Of a stretch of DNA of 64,000 bases, positions 38,855 to 49,301 are shown piece by piece. The stretch's first letter is position 1; each line of letters starts with the position of its first letter. The stretch is taken from assembly GCA_002310235.1 (NCBI GenBank), contig DBYO01000001.1, forward strand, positions 912-64,911, given 5' to 3'. The notes beneath the pieces are model-generated. The model worked only from the letters and a program-made list of their open reading frames with translations, did no database searches and had not been told where the DNA came from. Source of the stretch: Bacteroidales bacterium UBA1184 (GTDB taxonomy: Bacteria > Bacteroidota > Bacteroidia > Bacteroidales > ML635J-15). Both the position numbers and the translations under genes were made by a program.

Positions 38855-39675
38855 TGTTCAAAAATTTGAGGTTCTGTTTCTGGTTGGGACGCAAAATTTT
38901 GCGTCTGTAGATTTGATTTTATTTCTGTTTCAAATATTTCCGATTGGGGAGTTTCAATTTCGCAAATGTCGTCAAATGAAATTGCTATCTTGTTGTCGCC
39001 CTGTTCGGTGACGGTCTGGTTGCCGAAAGTGTAAATCCTGCCAGCGTATTTGCGGAAGAATCCGTGATTGTGGGTTACCATGAGTACCGATTTGCCTGAT
39101 TGGCTGAGCTTGTATAGCAGGTCAACAATAACATCGGCACTTTCGGGGTCGAGGTTGCCTGTAGGCTCGTCGGCAAAGATTATAGGCGGATTGTTGAGCA
39201 AGGCTCTTGCTACGCTTACCGATTGGCGTTCGCCACCCGAAAGCTGTGCAGGCATCGACAGTTTCTTGTCGAGCATTCCCACGCTCTTGAGAACTTCGTT
39301 TATGCGGGTATCTATTTCCTGCTTGTCCTTCCATCCAGTAGCTCTTAGTACAAATCGCAGGTTTTCGTAAACCGAGCGGTCGTTCATAAGCTCAAAATCT
39401 TGGAAAACCATGCCTATTTTGCGACGTAGCATCGGAATTTTGCTGTTTTTTATCTTCTTTAGGTCGTATCCAACTACATTTACCTCACCTTCCATCACAG
39501 GAAGCTCGCAGTATAAAGTTTTCAAAAGGCTGCTCTTGCCGCTTCCCACCTTACCTATGAGGTAAACAAACTCACCGACGTCCACGTGGATGTTCACGTT
39601 TTGCAATATCAACTTGTCGTCTTGGTATATGTTCAAGCCCTTGACATCAACGAGCAGAGTGCTATTTTCGTCCAT
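38851..39675 (-). CDS. ftsE: FtsE-like ABC ATP-binding protein
   Basis: GKVGSGKS, LRRKIGMVFQDF, LSGGE, ADEPTGNLD; no ftsX nearby. Confidence 0.75.
   Translation of the reverse strand: MDENSTLLVDVKGLNIYQDDKLILQNVNIHVDVGEFVYLIGKVGSGKSSLLKTLYCELPVMEGEVNVVGYDLKKIKNSKIPMLRRKIGMVFQDFELMNDRSVYENLRFVLRATGWKDKQEIDTRINEVLKSVGMLDKKLSMPAQLSGGERQSVSVARALLNNPPIIFADEPTGNLDPESADVIVDLLYKLSQSGKSVLMVTHNHGFFRKYAGRIYTFGNQTVTEQGDNKIAISFDDICEIETPQSEIFETEIKSNLQTQNFASQPETEPQIFEQ
38883..38910. repeat. REP-like palindrome inside the ftsE 3' coding tail
   Basis: GTTGG-GACGCAAAATTTTGCGTC-TGTAG, with a perfect 18-bp palindromic core. Confidence 0.75.
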
Positions 39676-39884
39676 AAATATATTTGTATAAGTGACTTTA
39701 CAAAAGTAGTATTCGCAATACAAATATACGCAACATAATGATTGATAGTAATAAACAATGCCATGTTAATTAAAAGCATTGCGACTTTTGTTTTGGACTT
39801 TACAAAAACTCTATTTTTGATTTTTGCTAAATTTGGACAATATTGTATTGATAGACACGTTTTTATAGAAATATTGCTGTGTAT

Positions 39885-42800
39885 ATGAGACTAAAGAACT
39901 TTGCAACATTGCTTCTTCTGCTATCGATGGCGTTGGCTGCGGCGGGGCAGAAGACTATGAAATACGACGGTGAAGAATTTGCTTACCGTACGGCCAAGGA
40001 ATTGTACGACAAGGAAATGTATGCATCGGCTCAACAGAAATTCTTCGGCATTATGAATAGTGCCGACATTGAAAATTCCAAGTATCGCGACGATGCTGCA
40101 TTTTACTTTGCCATGTGCTCTATGCATCTGTTCAACCGCGATGCCGAGTATCAGCTTAACAACTTTGCAGAAAGTCACCCCGAAAGCGACAATATCAACG
40201 ACGCCTCGTTTGCAATGGCAAATGTTTATTACCGCGACAAAAAATACAAAAATGCACTGGCTTGGTACAAACGTGTGCAGTATTCCGAGCTCAAAGAGGA
40301 AGACCAGACCGAATACTTCTTCAAAAAAGGACATTGCTTGTTTGCCAGGAAGGATTTCGATGAGGCTGCAAAGTCGTTCTACGAGGTAAAAGACAAGGAC
40401 GGACTTTATGGAACTATGAGCTTGTATTTCTATTCGCACATAAAGTACATAAATGAGCAGTACCAGACCGCGCTCAACGGATTCAAAAAATTGCAGAACC
40501 ATCCAACATTCTCGTCGATAGTACCTTTCTACATTTTGCAGATTTATTACATGCAGGAGGACTACAATGCTGTTGTTGAATATGCCAACGAACATGGTGA
40601 GGATTTTGTGGGTGCAGCTCCCGAAAATGCAAAAATTGTAGGTCTTTCGTATGTGCGTACAAAGAAATATGCCGAGGCAATACCTTATCTGAAGCGCTAC
40701 ATGGAGGCCAACTCGTCGGCTACCGATTTCGACTACTACGAACTTGGCTATGCTCAATATTCCATTGGTCAGTACGATGAGGCAGCAAGAAATTTTGGAA
40801 AGATTACACGAACCAAGGATACCATTGGACAGAATGCGTCGTATCTCATGGGTGACTGTTGTTTGAAGACCGGCAAGAAACTCGAAGCTCGCAGGGCTTT
40901 CGAGACTGCTTCACTCTACAATTACAATCCAATTATAAAGGAAGATGCGTTGTTCAACTTTGCGCAGCTGTGCTTCGAGTTGTCGCTCTCGCCGTTCAAC
41001 GAAGCTATAAGCGCATTCACAAGGTACATACAGGAATATCCTAACAGCCCACGCACCGAGGCTGCATACGACTATTTGCTCGATGCATTTATGAGTGCTA
41101 AGAACTATCAGCGTGCAATTGCTACCATCGAAAGCCTCGACTACAAGAATTCGAAGGTTGATATGGCGTACCAGCGTCTGACTTACATACGCGGACAGGA
41201 ATTGTTTATTTCGCAGAAATATGCTGATGCAATAGACATGTTTGACAAGTCAATTGCCAACGGAAAGTACAACCGTGACATTGAGGCGCAAGCTCATTAT
41301 TGGAAAGCCGAGGCCAATTACAGATTAGGAAACGTAGATGTAGCAATTGACCAGTTCAAAGAGTTTGTGAACGCAATAGGTTCTATTACCCTTGAAGAAT
41401 ACGGACGTGCGCACTACAACTTGGGATATGCATATTTTGACAAAAAACAATATACGGTTGCGAATTCATGGTTCCGCAAGTTTGAAAAGATTTCGGAAGC
41501 GACCGAAAATGTTGTAGTAAATGATGCTTACAACCGTATAGGCGATTGCTATTACATAAATCGTGACTTTACTGCCGCTTCAGAATATTACAAGAAGGCT
41601 GTAAGCATAGGTCTTATCGAGACCGACTACAGTCTTTACCAGCTATCGCTCACATATGGAGGCCTTAAGATGGCTAACGAGAAAGTTGCCGCATTGCAGC
41701 GTCTGTTGAGAGACTATCCTAATTCGGAATATGCAAGCAACGCTATGTTTGGAATAGCACGTACCTATCAGGCCGACTTGAACGTTGAGGATTCTGCAAA
41801 GTACTATTACGAAATGCTTATAGCCGATTATCCGCATTCGGCAAATCGAAGCGCAGCGCTTTCGAGTCTTGGCGCAATAGAGTTCAATCGCCGCCATTTC
41901 GATTCTGCACTGGCATATTACAAGCAGGTTATTTCCGAATTTCCAGGAACCGAGGACGCTAGCAGTGCCAACGATATGGTTAAGTCGATTTATCTGGAAC
42001 TCGACAAGCCCGATGCTTACATTGAATATGCAAACAGCGAAGGTTCGGGAGTGGAAATAAGCAAAGACGAGCAGGATGAGATTATCTGGCTTGCTGCAAA
42101 GAAACTATACATCGACAAGAAATACACCGATGCGCTTAGGTCGATAACCAAATACCTCAACGAGTTCCCAAAGGGCAAATATACAACCGAGGCGAACTAT
42201 TACAAGGCTGAGTTGCATCTCTATTTCGAAGAGAAGGACGATGCACTCATAAGCTATCGTGCTGTAGCCGATGCTCCTACAAGCAGTTATACAGAGGAGA
42301 GTACTTTGAAAACTGCTTCGTTGCTGTTCGACAAGGAAAATTGGAATGATGCATATACATATTACGACAAGCTGTTCCCGATTGCCGAAAACAAATCGAC
42401 CAAGTTTGTTGCTGCACTCGGTCGTCTGCGTTGTGCATACAATGCCAAGAATTACGACAATGTGATTAAGTCGGCGCAGGATGTAATTGATAGCGACAGG
42501 TCGAATGAGGAAACCGTACGCGAAGCCCAGTATAAGATGGCAAAGGCATTCTACGCAAAGGACAACAAGTTGCGAGCATTGTCGCTATACGAAAAACTTT
42601 CGCAGGAAATTGTAAGCTATGAAGGCGCCGAATCGAAATTCATGACGGCATCGATAAACTACGAGAATGGCAACGACAGTATTGCTGAGGAGATAATCTA
42701 CGACTTTGCACAGTCGAGCACTCCGCACGCCTACTGGTTGGCAAAAAGCTACATACTCTTGGCACAGATTTATTTCGACGAGGAGGACATTTTCTCGGCA

Positions 42801-43088
42801 AAGCACACCTTGCAGTCGGTGCTTAGCAACTACGACAACGAGACCGACGGAATAAAGGACGAGGCACAAGATAAACTTACTGCAATATTTGAAGCAGAAG
42901 AAGTAGCCCGTCAGGAAGATGAAATGCTGAAACTTAAGATAAATCTTATAGAGGATGAATCGGAAGGCGGACTTTTCCCCGATGAGGAATTCGATATTGA
43001 AATCCCTGACGATTTGCCTCCGCAAGAGGAGAATAATGCACCAGTAATAGAACTAAAGGAGAATTCGGAAGAGAATACTAACGAATAA
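39885..43088 (+). CDS. Large secreted tetratricopeptide repeat protein
   Basis: Signal peptide; more than 20 TPR-like helical repeats with YPxS turns; acidic tail. Confidence 0.9.
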   Translation: MRLKNFATLLLLLSMALAAAGQKTMKYDGEEFAYRTAKELYDKEMYASAQQKFFGIMNSADIENSKYRDDAAFYFAMCSMHLFNRDAEYQLNNFAESHPESDNINDASFAMANVYYRDKKYKNALAWYKRVQYSELKEEDQTEYFFKKGHCLFARKDFDEAAKSFYEVKDKDGLYGTMSLYFYSHIKYINEQYQTALNGFKKLQNHPTFSSIVPFYILQIYYMQEDYNAVVEYANEHGEDFVGAAPENAKIVGLSYVRTKKYAEAIPYLKRYMEANSSATDFDYYELGYAQYSIGQYDEAARNFGKITRTKDTIGQNASYLMGDCCLKTGKKLEARRAFETASLYNYNPIIKEDALFNFAQLCFELSLSPFNEAISAFTRYIQEYPNSPRTEAAYDYLLDAFMSAKNYQRAIATIESLDYKNSKVDMAYQRLTYIRGQELFISQKYADAIDMFDKSIANGKYNRDIEAQAHYWKAEANYRLGNVDVAIDQFKEFVNAIGSITLEEYGRAHYNLGYAYFDKKQYTVANSWFRKFEKISEATENVVVNDAYNRIGDCYYINRDFTAASEYYKKAVSIGLIETDYSLYQLSLTYGGLKMANEKVAALQRLLRDYPNSEYASNAMFGIARTYQADLNVEDSAKYYYEMLIADYPHSANRSAALSSLGAIEFNRRHFDSALAYYKQVISEFPGTEDASSANDMVKSIYLELDKPDAYIEYANSEGSGVEISKDEQDEIIWLAAKKLYIDKKYTDALRSITKYLNEFPKGKYTTEANYYKAELHLYFEEKDDALISYRAVADAPTSSYTEESTLKTASLLFDKENWNDAYTYYDKLFPIAENKSTKFVAALGRLRCAYNAKNYDNVIKSAQDVIDSDRSNEETVREAQYKMAKAFYAKDNKLRALSLYEKLSQEIVSYEGAESKFMTASINYENGNDSIAEEIIYDFAQSSTPHAYWLAKSYILLAQIYFDEEDIFSAKHTLQSVLSNYDNETDGIKDEAQDKLTAIFEAEEVARQEDEMLKLKINLIEDESEGGLFPDEEFDIEIPDDLPPQEENNAPVIELKENSEENTNE

Positions 43089-43092
43089 AAGA

Positions 43093-44847
43093 ATGAAGAC
43101 GATGAGAAAATATAGCAATATGAAATATTTAACCTTGCTGCTTGTTGCAGTTATGTTGTCGGGAAGCCTAATGGCTCAGGTGGACAACAATACGCTCGAG
43201 GAGCAGACTGTTGTGATATACAACGAATATTCGCCCGTATTGAAGGATGCGAGCAGAATTCAGAGCCTTCCTGTGATTGTTGATACCATGAACGTGGAGC
43301 CGAAGTTCGATTATTCGGTTATGCCAACTATGTATCGTACAACTTTCACTCCTGCCAAGATTCCAGCAGCGACAGTAAAAGGCGAAGCTTTGGCACCGCT
43401 CAATACAGGTTTTGTGAAGCTTGGTTATGGAAACTATATTTCTCCGTTTGCCGAATTGTATATAAACTCAAAACGTCAGAAGAACTATTCGTTAGGCATA
43501 TCTGCTCATCATCATTCATCTTTCGGAAAGATAAAGAACTATCTTAACCAAAAAATATATTCTGGATACGACGATAGTCGTGTAGAGGCTTTTGGCAAGA
43601 AGTTGTTTGCAAAGTCTGTGCTGTCTGGCAAGATTTATTTCTCGTCCAATGGCGTGTGCTACTATGGCTACGATCCTAAGGTTTATGGCAACACCGATAC
43701 TATCAACTGGGATGTATTTGATTATGTTGATACCCGCGACGAAGTCGAAAAGCAGCGTTTTAGTAGGGTAGGGGCTAATATGGCTTTCGAGTCGCAACAG
43801 ACAGGCCGTAAGCATTGGAACTATAAGTTTGGCTTAGGTTACCAGTATTTCTTTACCAAGACAAAGGATTGGCAGCACAAGGTTGATGCAGTGGTAAATT
43901 TCGGACGTTCGGTAAAGAATATCAGCTACGGAGTGGATATTAATTATCTGTTCAATGCCAATAAGATATCGTGGGTTAATAATACTAATAATGATATGTT
44001 TATTAATCCAGAACCATATTTTCGTTTCGAGAACGAAAAATGGAATGTAAAAGCTGGAGCTAAATTGGTTTATAGTGCTAGTTGTAATAAGAAATTTTAT
44101 ATATATCCCGATTTATATGCACAGTTGAATATCAGCAATACTTTGCTACCATATATTAGCTATGGCGGACATTTGGAGAACAATAACCTAGAGTATCTTT
44201 CGACCATAAATCCTTTTGTAATAAGTTTCCCTTATGTTAACACAAGTTATCAGCATGAAGCTAATTTAGGTATAAAAGCCATAATAAGCAAGAAGGTTTA
44301 TCTTCAAATAAATGCCAACTATTCGCATATTGACCAAATGGTATTCTTTGTAAATGATACCCTTGAACCGTTGCACAACAAGTTCAAGATGGAATATATG
44401 GATGTTGACCGTGTTGGCGCCTACGCCGAACTTTCGATGCGTGAGCTTGCTCCGGGACTCGATATTCTGTTGAAGGCACGCTACTATTATTATTTAAAGC
44501 TTGCCGATGTAAATACACACAATGCTATTGCTGATGCACGTCCGTGGCAGATGCCCGACCTTGACATAAGCTTGAGGGCTTCGTACCGTCTTACCAACAA
44601 GATTTCGTTTGGTTTGGAAGGTTATTTCTTGAACAAGTGCTACGCAAAGGAATATGTTGAAGGTGTTCAGTACGCCAAGAAGATGAAGGCTGTGGTTGAT
44701 GTAAATCTCTTCGGCGAGTACAAGTTCGACGATAATTTCAGCGCATTCCTTTATCTAAACAACATTGCCTGTCAGCGCTACTACATTTGGAACAACTATC
44801 GCGCACAGGGATTCAATGCGTTAATAGGGTTGACGTATATCTTTTAA
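43093..44847 (+). CDS. Outer-membrane beta-barrel protein (TonB-dependent-receptor-like), partner of the TPR protein
   Basis: Signal peptide, EYSP.LKDA, GFVKLGYGNY, C-terminal NNI..QRY..W..Y..QGFN..GLTYIF. Confidence 0.75.
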   Translation: MKTMRKYSNMKYLTLLLVAVMLSGSLMAQVDNNTLEEQTVVIYNEYSPVLKDASRIQSLPVIVDTMNVEPKFDYSVMPTMYRTTFTPAKIPAATVKGEALAPLNTGFVKLGYGNYISPFAELYINSKRQKNYSLGISAHHHSSFGKIKNYLNQKIYSGYDDSRVEAFGKKLFAKSVLSGKIYFSSNGVCYYGYDPKVYGNTDTINWDVFDYVDTRDEVEKQRFSRVGANMAFESQQTGRKHWNYKFGLGYQYFFTKTKDWQHKVDAVVNFGRSVKNISYGVDINYLFNANKISWVNNTNNDMFINPEPYFRFENEKWNVKAGAKLVYSASCNKKFYIYPDLYAQLNISNTLLPYISYGGHLENNNLEYLSTINPFVISFPYVNTSYQHEANLGIKAIISKKVYLQINANYSHIDQMVFFVNDTLEPLHNKFKMEYMDVDRVGAYAELSMRELAPGLDILLKARYYYYLKLADVNTHNAIADARPWQMPDLDISLRASYRLTNKISFGLEGYFLNKCYAKEYVEGVQYAKKMKAVVDVNLFGEYKFDDNFSAFLYLNNIACQRYYIWNNYRAQGFNALIGLTYIF

Positions 44848-44963
44848 TTGATAATTGTTGGCGCGAGCTGAAGGTTAATAGTTGATAATCATTAATTTAT
44901 CAACCTTTTGGTTCTGCGTAGCCAATTATCTAATTGTCAAACATCATAAACATAAAAAAACAT

Positions 44964-44994
44964 TTTGCAAATTACAAAATATGTTGTACTTTTG
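44964..44994 (+). promoter_or_regulatory. Canonical Bacteroidota promoter of tRNA-fMet
   Basis: TTTG (44964-44967), 19-nt spacer, TACTTTTG (44987-44994). Confidence 0.8.
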
Positions 44995-45003
44995 CAGCGC
45001 AAT

Positions 45004-45076
<73 letters not shown>

Positions 45077-45080
45077 CTAC

Positions 45081-45111
45081 AAAAAGAATGTCAATCGGCA
45101 TTCTTTTTTTT
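45081..45111 (+). terminator. tRNA terminator
   Basis: AAAAAGAATGTC-AATC-GGCATTCTTTTTTTT. Confidence 0.85.
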
Positions 45112-45253
45112 ATGCCTTTTATTGAAAAATATGCCGAATAACATTATTTTCCTTTTTCTGCAGGAAAAGAAAAATACGTATATTGCAAAAAATTTTTTTG
45201 TGAAACGAGGCGTTTGACTAACCTTTTACAAACGCAGGTGGCACTTTTTTAAG

Positions 45254-46930
45254 ATGACAACAACGGCAATAATTTCGGCGATACTGACACTGCTTTCCGG
45301 CATCGGAATATTCCTTATTGCATGTCAGATGATGAGCACAAACCTTGAGTCTGCGAGTTCGAGCAGACTAAAGAATCTATTTGCAAAAGCATCGAAAAGC
45401 AAGCTTCTCGGAGTAGGAATTGGGGCTCTGGGTACGGCCGCAATACAAAGTTCTGGCGCAACCACCGTGATGGTCATCGGTTTTGTGAATGCTGGAATAA
45501 TTTCGCTTGCACAGGCCGCCACTATGATTTACGGAGCAAATATCGGTACTACCATAACCGCACAGATTGTCGCACTTGGTATGTTCGGCGAGAACTTGCT
45601 TTCGACAACTGTTATTTTCTCCGCATTTGCCGGCATCGGCGCATTTACCATGCTGTTTTCGAAGAAAGATTTCTGGCGACGCATTGGCGGAATTCTCACA
45701 GGCTTCGGTATGCTTTTCGTCGGTCTTAGCCTTATGAGTTCGTCGATGTCCGACTTTGCCGAAATGGATGCTGTAAAAACATTCCTCGCAGGCATCAGCA
45801 ATCCGATATTATTGGTGCTTATAGGTGCAATTTTCACGGCAATAATTCAAAGTTCGTCGGTAATGACATCCATTGCGCTTGCTATGGTGGTGACTGGACT
45901 TGTAACTCTCGACCAAGGTATTTTCCTGACCATAGGTTCGAACGTCGGTTCTTGTGTGGTGGCAATAGTGGCCGGTGTTACTAGCGGACGAAACGCACAA
46001 CGTACCGCATTGATCCACTTGATATTCAATGTCAGCGGTGCAGTTTTGTTCCTTGTGGCGGCATTAGTCATGGGCCTAGTTTCCGACGACATGACTTTCG
46101 GTGCCATTTTCCACCGCATGTTCCCCGATGTTCCGCAGATGCAGCTTGCAATGTTCCATACAATATTCAACATTGTGACCGTAATTATTGTACTTCCGCT
46201 CACTGGTGCACTCGTGAAGTTGGTTTGCAAGATGATTCCCGACAAGGTTGAAACCGATCCCGACAGTCCACGCCTATTCTTCGTCGACGACAACATGCTG
46301 AAAACTCCGCCTGTAGCAGTGCAGCAGACTAAGCGTGAAATTGAAAATATGGCAAAGATCGCCATCGGCAACTTCAACCGCTCGCTGGACATTGTGACCA
46401 AGTTGGATTTCTCGGAGAAAGACAAGTTCGCAAAGGACGAGAACCAGCTTAATTTCTTGAACTCGGCAATAATCGATTATGTTGTGAAGCTTTCTAAAAT
46501 GCGTCAGCTTAGCGAAAAGGACCACAACTACCTCACCACTACTTTCCGCAGCGTCCGCGACATTGAGCGTATAGGCGATTATGCCGAAAATATTGTCGAA
46601 TACGCTGGTATGCTGAAGGATACCGGCGAAAAGTTTTCGTCGCAGGCAGTAGAGGAGATAGAGAATGTCCGTACTCTCATCAACGAGTTGTACGACAAGA
46701 TAATGAAGGCATATTCCGATGAGGATTTCGCAGCGTATTCTGAAGCTGAAAAGGTTGAGGATAAAATTGACGAATATACCAAGTACATGGAAACCAGTCA
46801 TATCGCACGAATGTCGCTCGGGCTTTGTTCTCCAAATGCTGGTGCAGAGTATCTGTCGTTGTCCTCAAATGCCGAACGTGTTGCCGACCACCTCATAAAT
46901 GTTGGAAAATCGATACGAAGGTTAGAGTAG
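45254..46930 (+). CDS. Na+/Pi cotransporter (NptA/YjbB family) with PhoU-like C-terminal domain
   Basis: Duplicated QSS motifs (IQSSGATT, IQSSSV), GANIGTT, GSNVGS; PhoU-type DIERIGDYAENI and AERVADHLIN. Confidence 0.93.
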   Translation: MTTTAIISAILTLLSGIGIFLIACQMMSTNLESASSSRLKNLFAKASKSKLLGVGIGALGTAAIQSSGATTVMVIGFVNAGIISLAQAATMIYGANIGTTITAQIVALGMFGENLLSTTVIFSAFAGIGAFTMLFSKKDFWRRIGGILTGFGMLFVGLSLMSSSMSDFAEMDAVKTFLAGISNPILLVLIGAIFTAIIQSSSVMTSIALAMVVTGLVTLDQGIFLTIGSNVGSCVVAIVAGVTSGRNAQRTALIHLIFNVSGAVLFLVAALVMGLVSDDMTFGAIFHRMFPDVPQMQLAMFHTIFNIVTVIIVLPLTGALVKLVCKMIPDKVETDPDSPRLFFVDDNMLKTPPVAVQQTKREIENMAKIAIGNFNRSLDIVTKLDFSEKDKFAKDENQLNFLNSAIIDYVVKLSKMRQLSEKDHNYLTTTFRSVRDIERIGDYAENIVEYAGMLKDTGEKFSSQAVEEIENVRTLINELYDKIMKAYSDEDFAAYSEAEKVEDKIDEYTKYMETSHIARMSLGLCSPNAGAEYLSLSSNAERVADHLINVGKSIRRLE

Positions 46931-46947
46931 GAAAACAATTTTTTGTG

Positions 46948-46955
46948 TAAATTTG
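46948..46955 (+). promoter_or_regulatory. Possible internal -7 box for the rsbW-rsbU-STAS-SAS-SAH operon
   Basis: TAAATTTG about 20 nt before ATG 46975. Confidence 0.45.
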
Positions 46956-46974
46956 TCCATTAATTTTTTTGAAG

Positions 46975-47382
46975 ATGAAGAAACTTTTCAATCCAATTAA
47001 GGATAAAACTGCTGAGATTATTGAGTATCTCATGTCGTCACCCGATATGCCTAAAGACGAAGATTTGCGGTTTAAGTTGAGGCTTTCAATAGAGGAGACA
47101 GTAGAGAATGTTGTTCAGTATGCCTACAAGGATGGTATTGGCTGGATGGAAGTAGGCACAGCCCTCGAAAAAAATGGTTTGACACTTACAATTACCTTGA
47201 AGGATGCTGGCAAACCGTTTAATCCGCTTGAAAAAAGCGATCCGGACATCAATCTTCCACTCGAAGAGCGGGAAATCGGCGGTTTGGGCATTTATCTGTG
47301 CAAGCAACTTATGGACGAGGTCCTGTATCGCTATGAGGATGGATGTAACATATTGACAATGAAGAAGGAAATCTCTAAATAA
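46975..47382 (+). CDS. RsbW/SpoIIAB-like serine kinase (HATPase_c_2)
   Basis: EETVENVVQYAY N-box, DAGKPFNP, EREIGGLGIYL G-box. Confidence 0.92.
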   Translation: MKKLFNPIKDKTAEIIEYLMSSPDMPKDEDLRFKLRLSIEETVENVVQYAYKDGIGWMEVGTALEKNGLTLTITLKDAGKPFNPLEKSDPDINLPLEEREIGGLGIYLCKQLMDEVLYRYEDGCNILTMKKEISK

Positions 47383-47390
47383 CAGTCGCT

Positions 47391-49295
47391 ATGCTTAATT
47401 CAAAATCAAAATCATTTTCAACAAGGTTAAGTCTTAATGTACTGTTGATTGTTACAATCCTTTTTGTTATTGTGCTGGGCATTGTTGCTGTATCTTCCCA
47501 CATGCTTATTTCCGATGAGGCCAAGCGAAGTGCATCCAACATACTGAAAGCCACAATACTCGATGTGGAAAAAACTTTGCAGACTGTGGAGTCCACCGTG
47601 AAAGACGCTTCGTGGCTGGCTAAGGAAAACGACAAAGATGAGAAATACCTATACCACATTACACGCAAGGTTGTTGAGGAAAATTCATACATCATAGGCA
47701 GTGCCATTGCTTTCGACTCATGCTATTTTGAAGGTCGGCATTTCTTTTCTCCATATTCCTACGAGGATGCTGAGACTGGAGAACTAAAAAGCAAGGAACT
47801 AGGCACCGAAACAAACGACTACTTTACTCAGGAATGGTACAGCGAACCTAAGAACACTGGCAATCCGCACTGGAGCGAACCATATTTCGATGTTGGCGGT
47901 GGAGAGCAGATGATGACAACATACAGTTATCCAATAAAAGACTCTACCGGCCGTGTTTATGCCATTATCACTGCCGACATTTCGCTTGATTGGCTTTCGG
48001 AAAAGGTTTCCGCCATACATCCATACGAGCATTCACAAACAATACTCATTAGCGCGCAAGGCAGATTTCTTACATCTGGTTCGGAATTTAATCTCGCAGG
48101 CGAATCGGCAATTGATGTAGCCGACACTTTGTTTAACGGGAGTTTAATGGAAATATCGAGGAACATGGTTGCTGGCGATAGCGGAACAATGCGCTTTTCT
48201 ACCAGACGTGGATTAGCGTTTGCCGTATATGCACCTCTCGATAACGGCTGGTCGATGTCAATAACCTGCCAGTACAGCGAAGTGCTGGAACGCACTTCGC
48301 AAATGCACCTTGTACTTATCATAGTCGGGCTTTTAGGGTTGCTGATAATGTTCATAATATGCTATCGCATAATACGGAAACTAACGCAACCAATTAAAGA
48401 TTTTTCTGTCTCTGCTCTGAATATCGCAAATGGTGATTTCCATACCCAGCTTCCTGAGGTTAAGTCGAATGATGAGATACTAACACTACGCGACTCGTTG
48501 GCGTTTATGCAGCAGTCATTGGTGACATACCTTGAGCAAATTGAATCGGTAACATCGGCAAAGAAGCGTATGGAAACTCAATTATACATCGGTCAGAAAA
48601 TACAGGAAGGAATGTTGCCGAAGAATTTTCCCAACGACAGCCGATGTGCACTTAATGCGAAGGTGGTTCCTGCCAAGGAGGTAGGTGGCGACCTGTACGA
48701 CTTTACCATCAACGGCAATCGCCTTAATTTCTCGGTGGGCGATGTTTCGGGCAAGGGCGTGCCTGCTGCTTTCGTGATGGCAATTACGAGGGTGATGTGT
48801 CACCTGTTTGCCGATTTGGGACTGCCGGTTAAGGATATGGCTACTAGGATAAACAACAGCATTGCCAAGAGCAACGACGCAAATATGTTCGTCACCTTGT
48901 TTTTCGGCTGCATCGACCTTGAAACCAAGAAGATGGAATTCTGCAATGCAGGACACAACCCGATAATTGTCATTCCTCCCGACGAAAAACCGGATTATCT
49001 CAAGGCAAATCCAAATATGGCTGTAGGTGTATGGAATGGATTTGAATACAAGTCTGAAAGTTTGGATTTGCGTCCTGGAACCAAGCTTCTGCTTTACACC
49101 GACGGTGTAACCGAAGCAGAAAAAGCCGACAAGGAACAATTTGGTGAAGAACGGCTTCTGCAACTGGCATCAAAGCCCGAATTCAGAAATCTAAATCCCG
49201 ATGAAATGGTTTTGACAGTACACAATGCTGTAACCGATTTTGCTAGTGGTAACGAACAGAACGATGACATAACAATTTTTGCAATAACAATATAA
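47391..49295 (+). CDS. Membrane sensor PP2C phosphatase (TM-dCache-TM-HAMP-SpoIIE), RsbU-like
   Basis: Cache WY..PK....HWSEPYFD; HAMP LTQPIKDF...DEI; PP2C VGGDLYD, GDVSGKG, CNAGHNP, YTDGVTE, QNDDIT. Confidence 0.93.
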   Translation: MLNSKSKSFSTRLSLNVLLIVTILFVIVLGIVAVSSHMLISDEAKRSASNILKATILDVEKTLQTVESTVKDASWLAKENDKDEKYLYHITRKVVEENSYIIGSAIAFDSCYFEGRHFFSPYSYEDAETGELKSKELGTETNDYFTQEWYSEPKNTGNPHWSEPYFDVGGGEQMMTTYSYPIKDSTGRVYAIITADISLDWLSEKVSAIHPYEHSQTILISAQGRFLTSGSEFNLAGESAIDVADTLFNGSLMEISRNMVAGDSGTMRFSTRRGLAFAVYAPLDNGWSMSITCQYSEVLERTSQMHLVLIIVGLLGLLIMFIICYRIIRKLTQPIKDFSVSALNIANGDFHTQLPEVKSNDEILTLRDSLAFMQQSLVTYLEQIESVTSAKKRMETQLYIGQKIQEGMLPKNFPNDSRCALNAKVVPAKEVGGDLYDFTINGNRLNFSVGDVSGKGVPAAFVMAITRVMCHLFADLGLPVKDMATRINNSIAKSNDANMFVTLFFGCIDLETKKMEFCNAGHNPIIVIPPDEKPDYLKANPNMAVGVWNGFEYKSESLDLRPGTKLLLYTDGVTEAEKADKEQFGEERLLQLASKPEFRNLNPDEMVLTVHNAVTDFASGNEQNDDITIFAITI

Positions 49296-49301
49296 GTATT
49301 T

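Noticed and set aside
44876-44904. Fur/FNR-like box (GTTGATAATCATTAATTTATCAAC)
   Set aside because: Only 12/19 match to the E. coli Fur box, the spacing is wrong for FNR, and it lies 3' of the barrel gene. It is better explained as a TTGATAA short repeat or weak hairpin.
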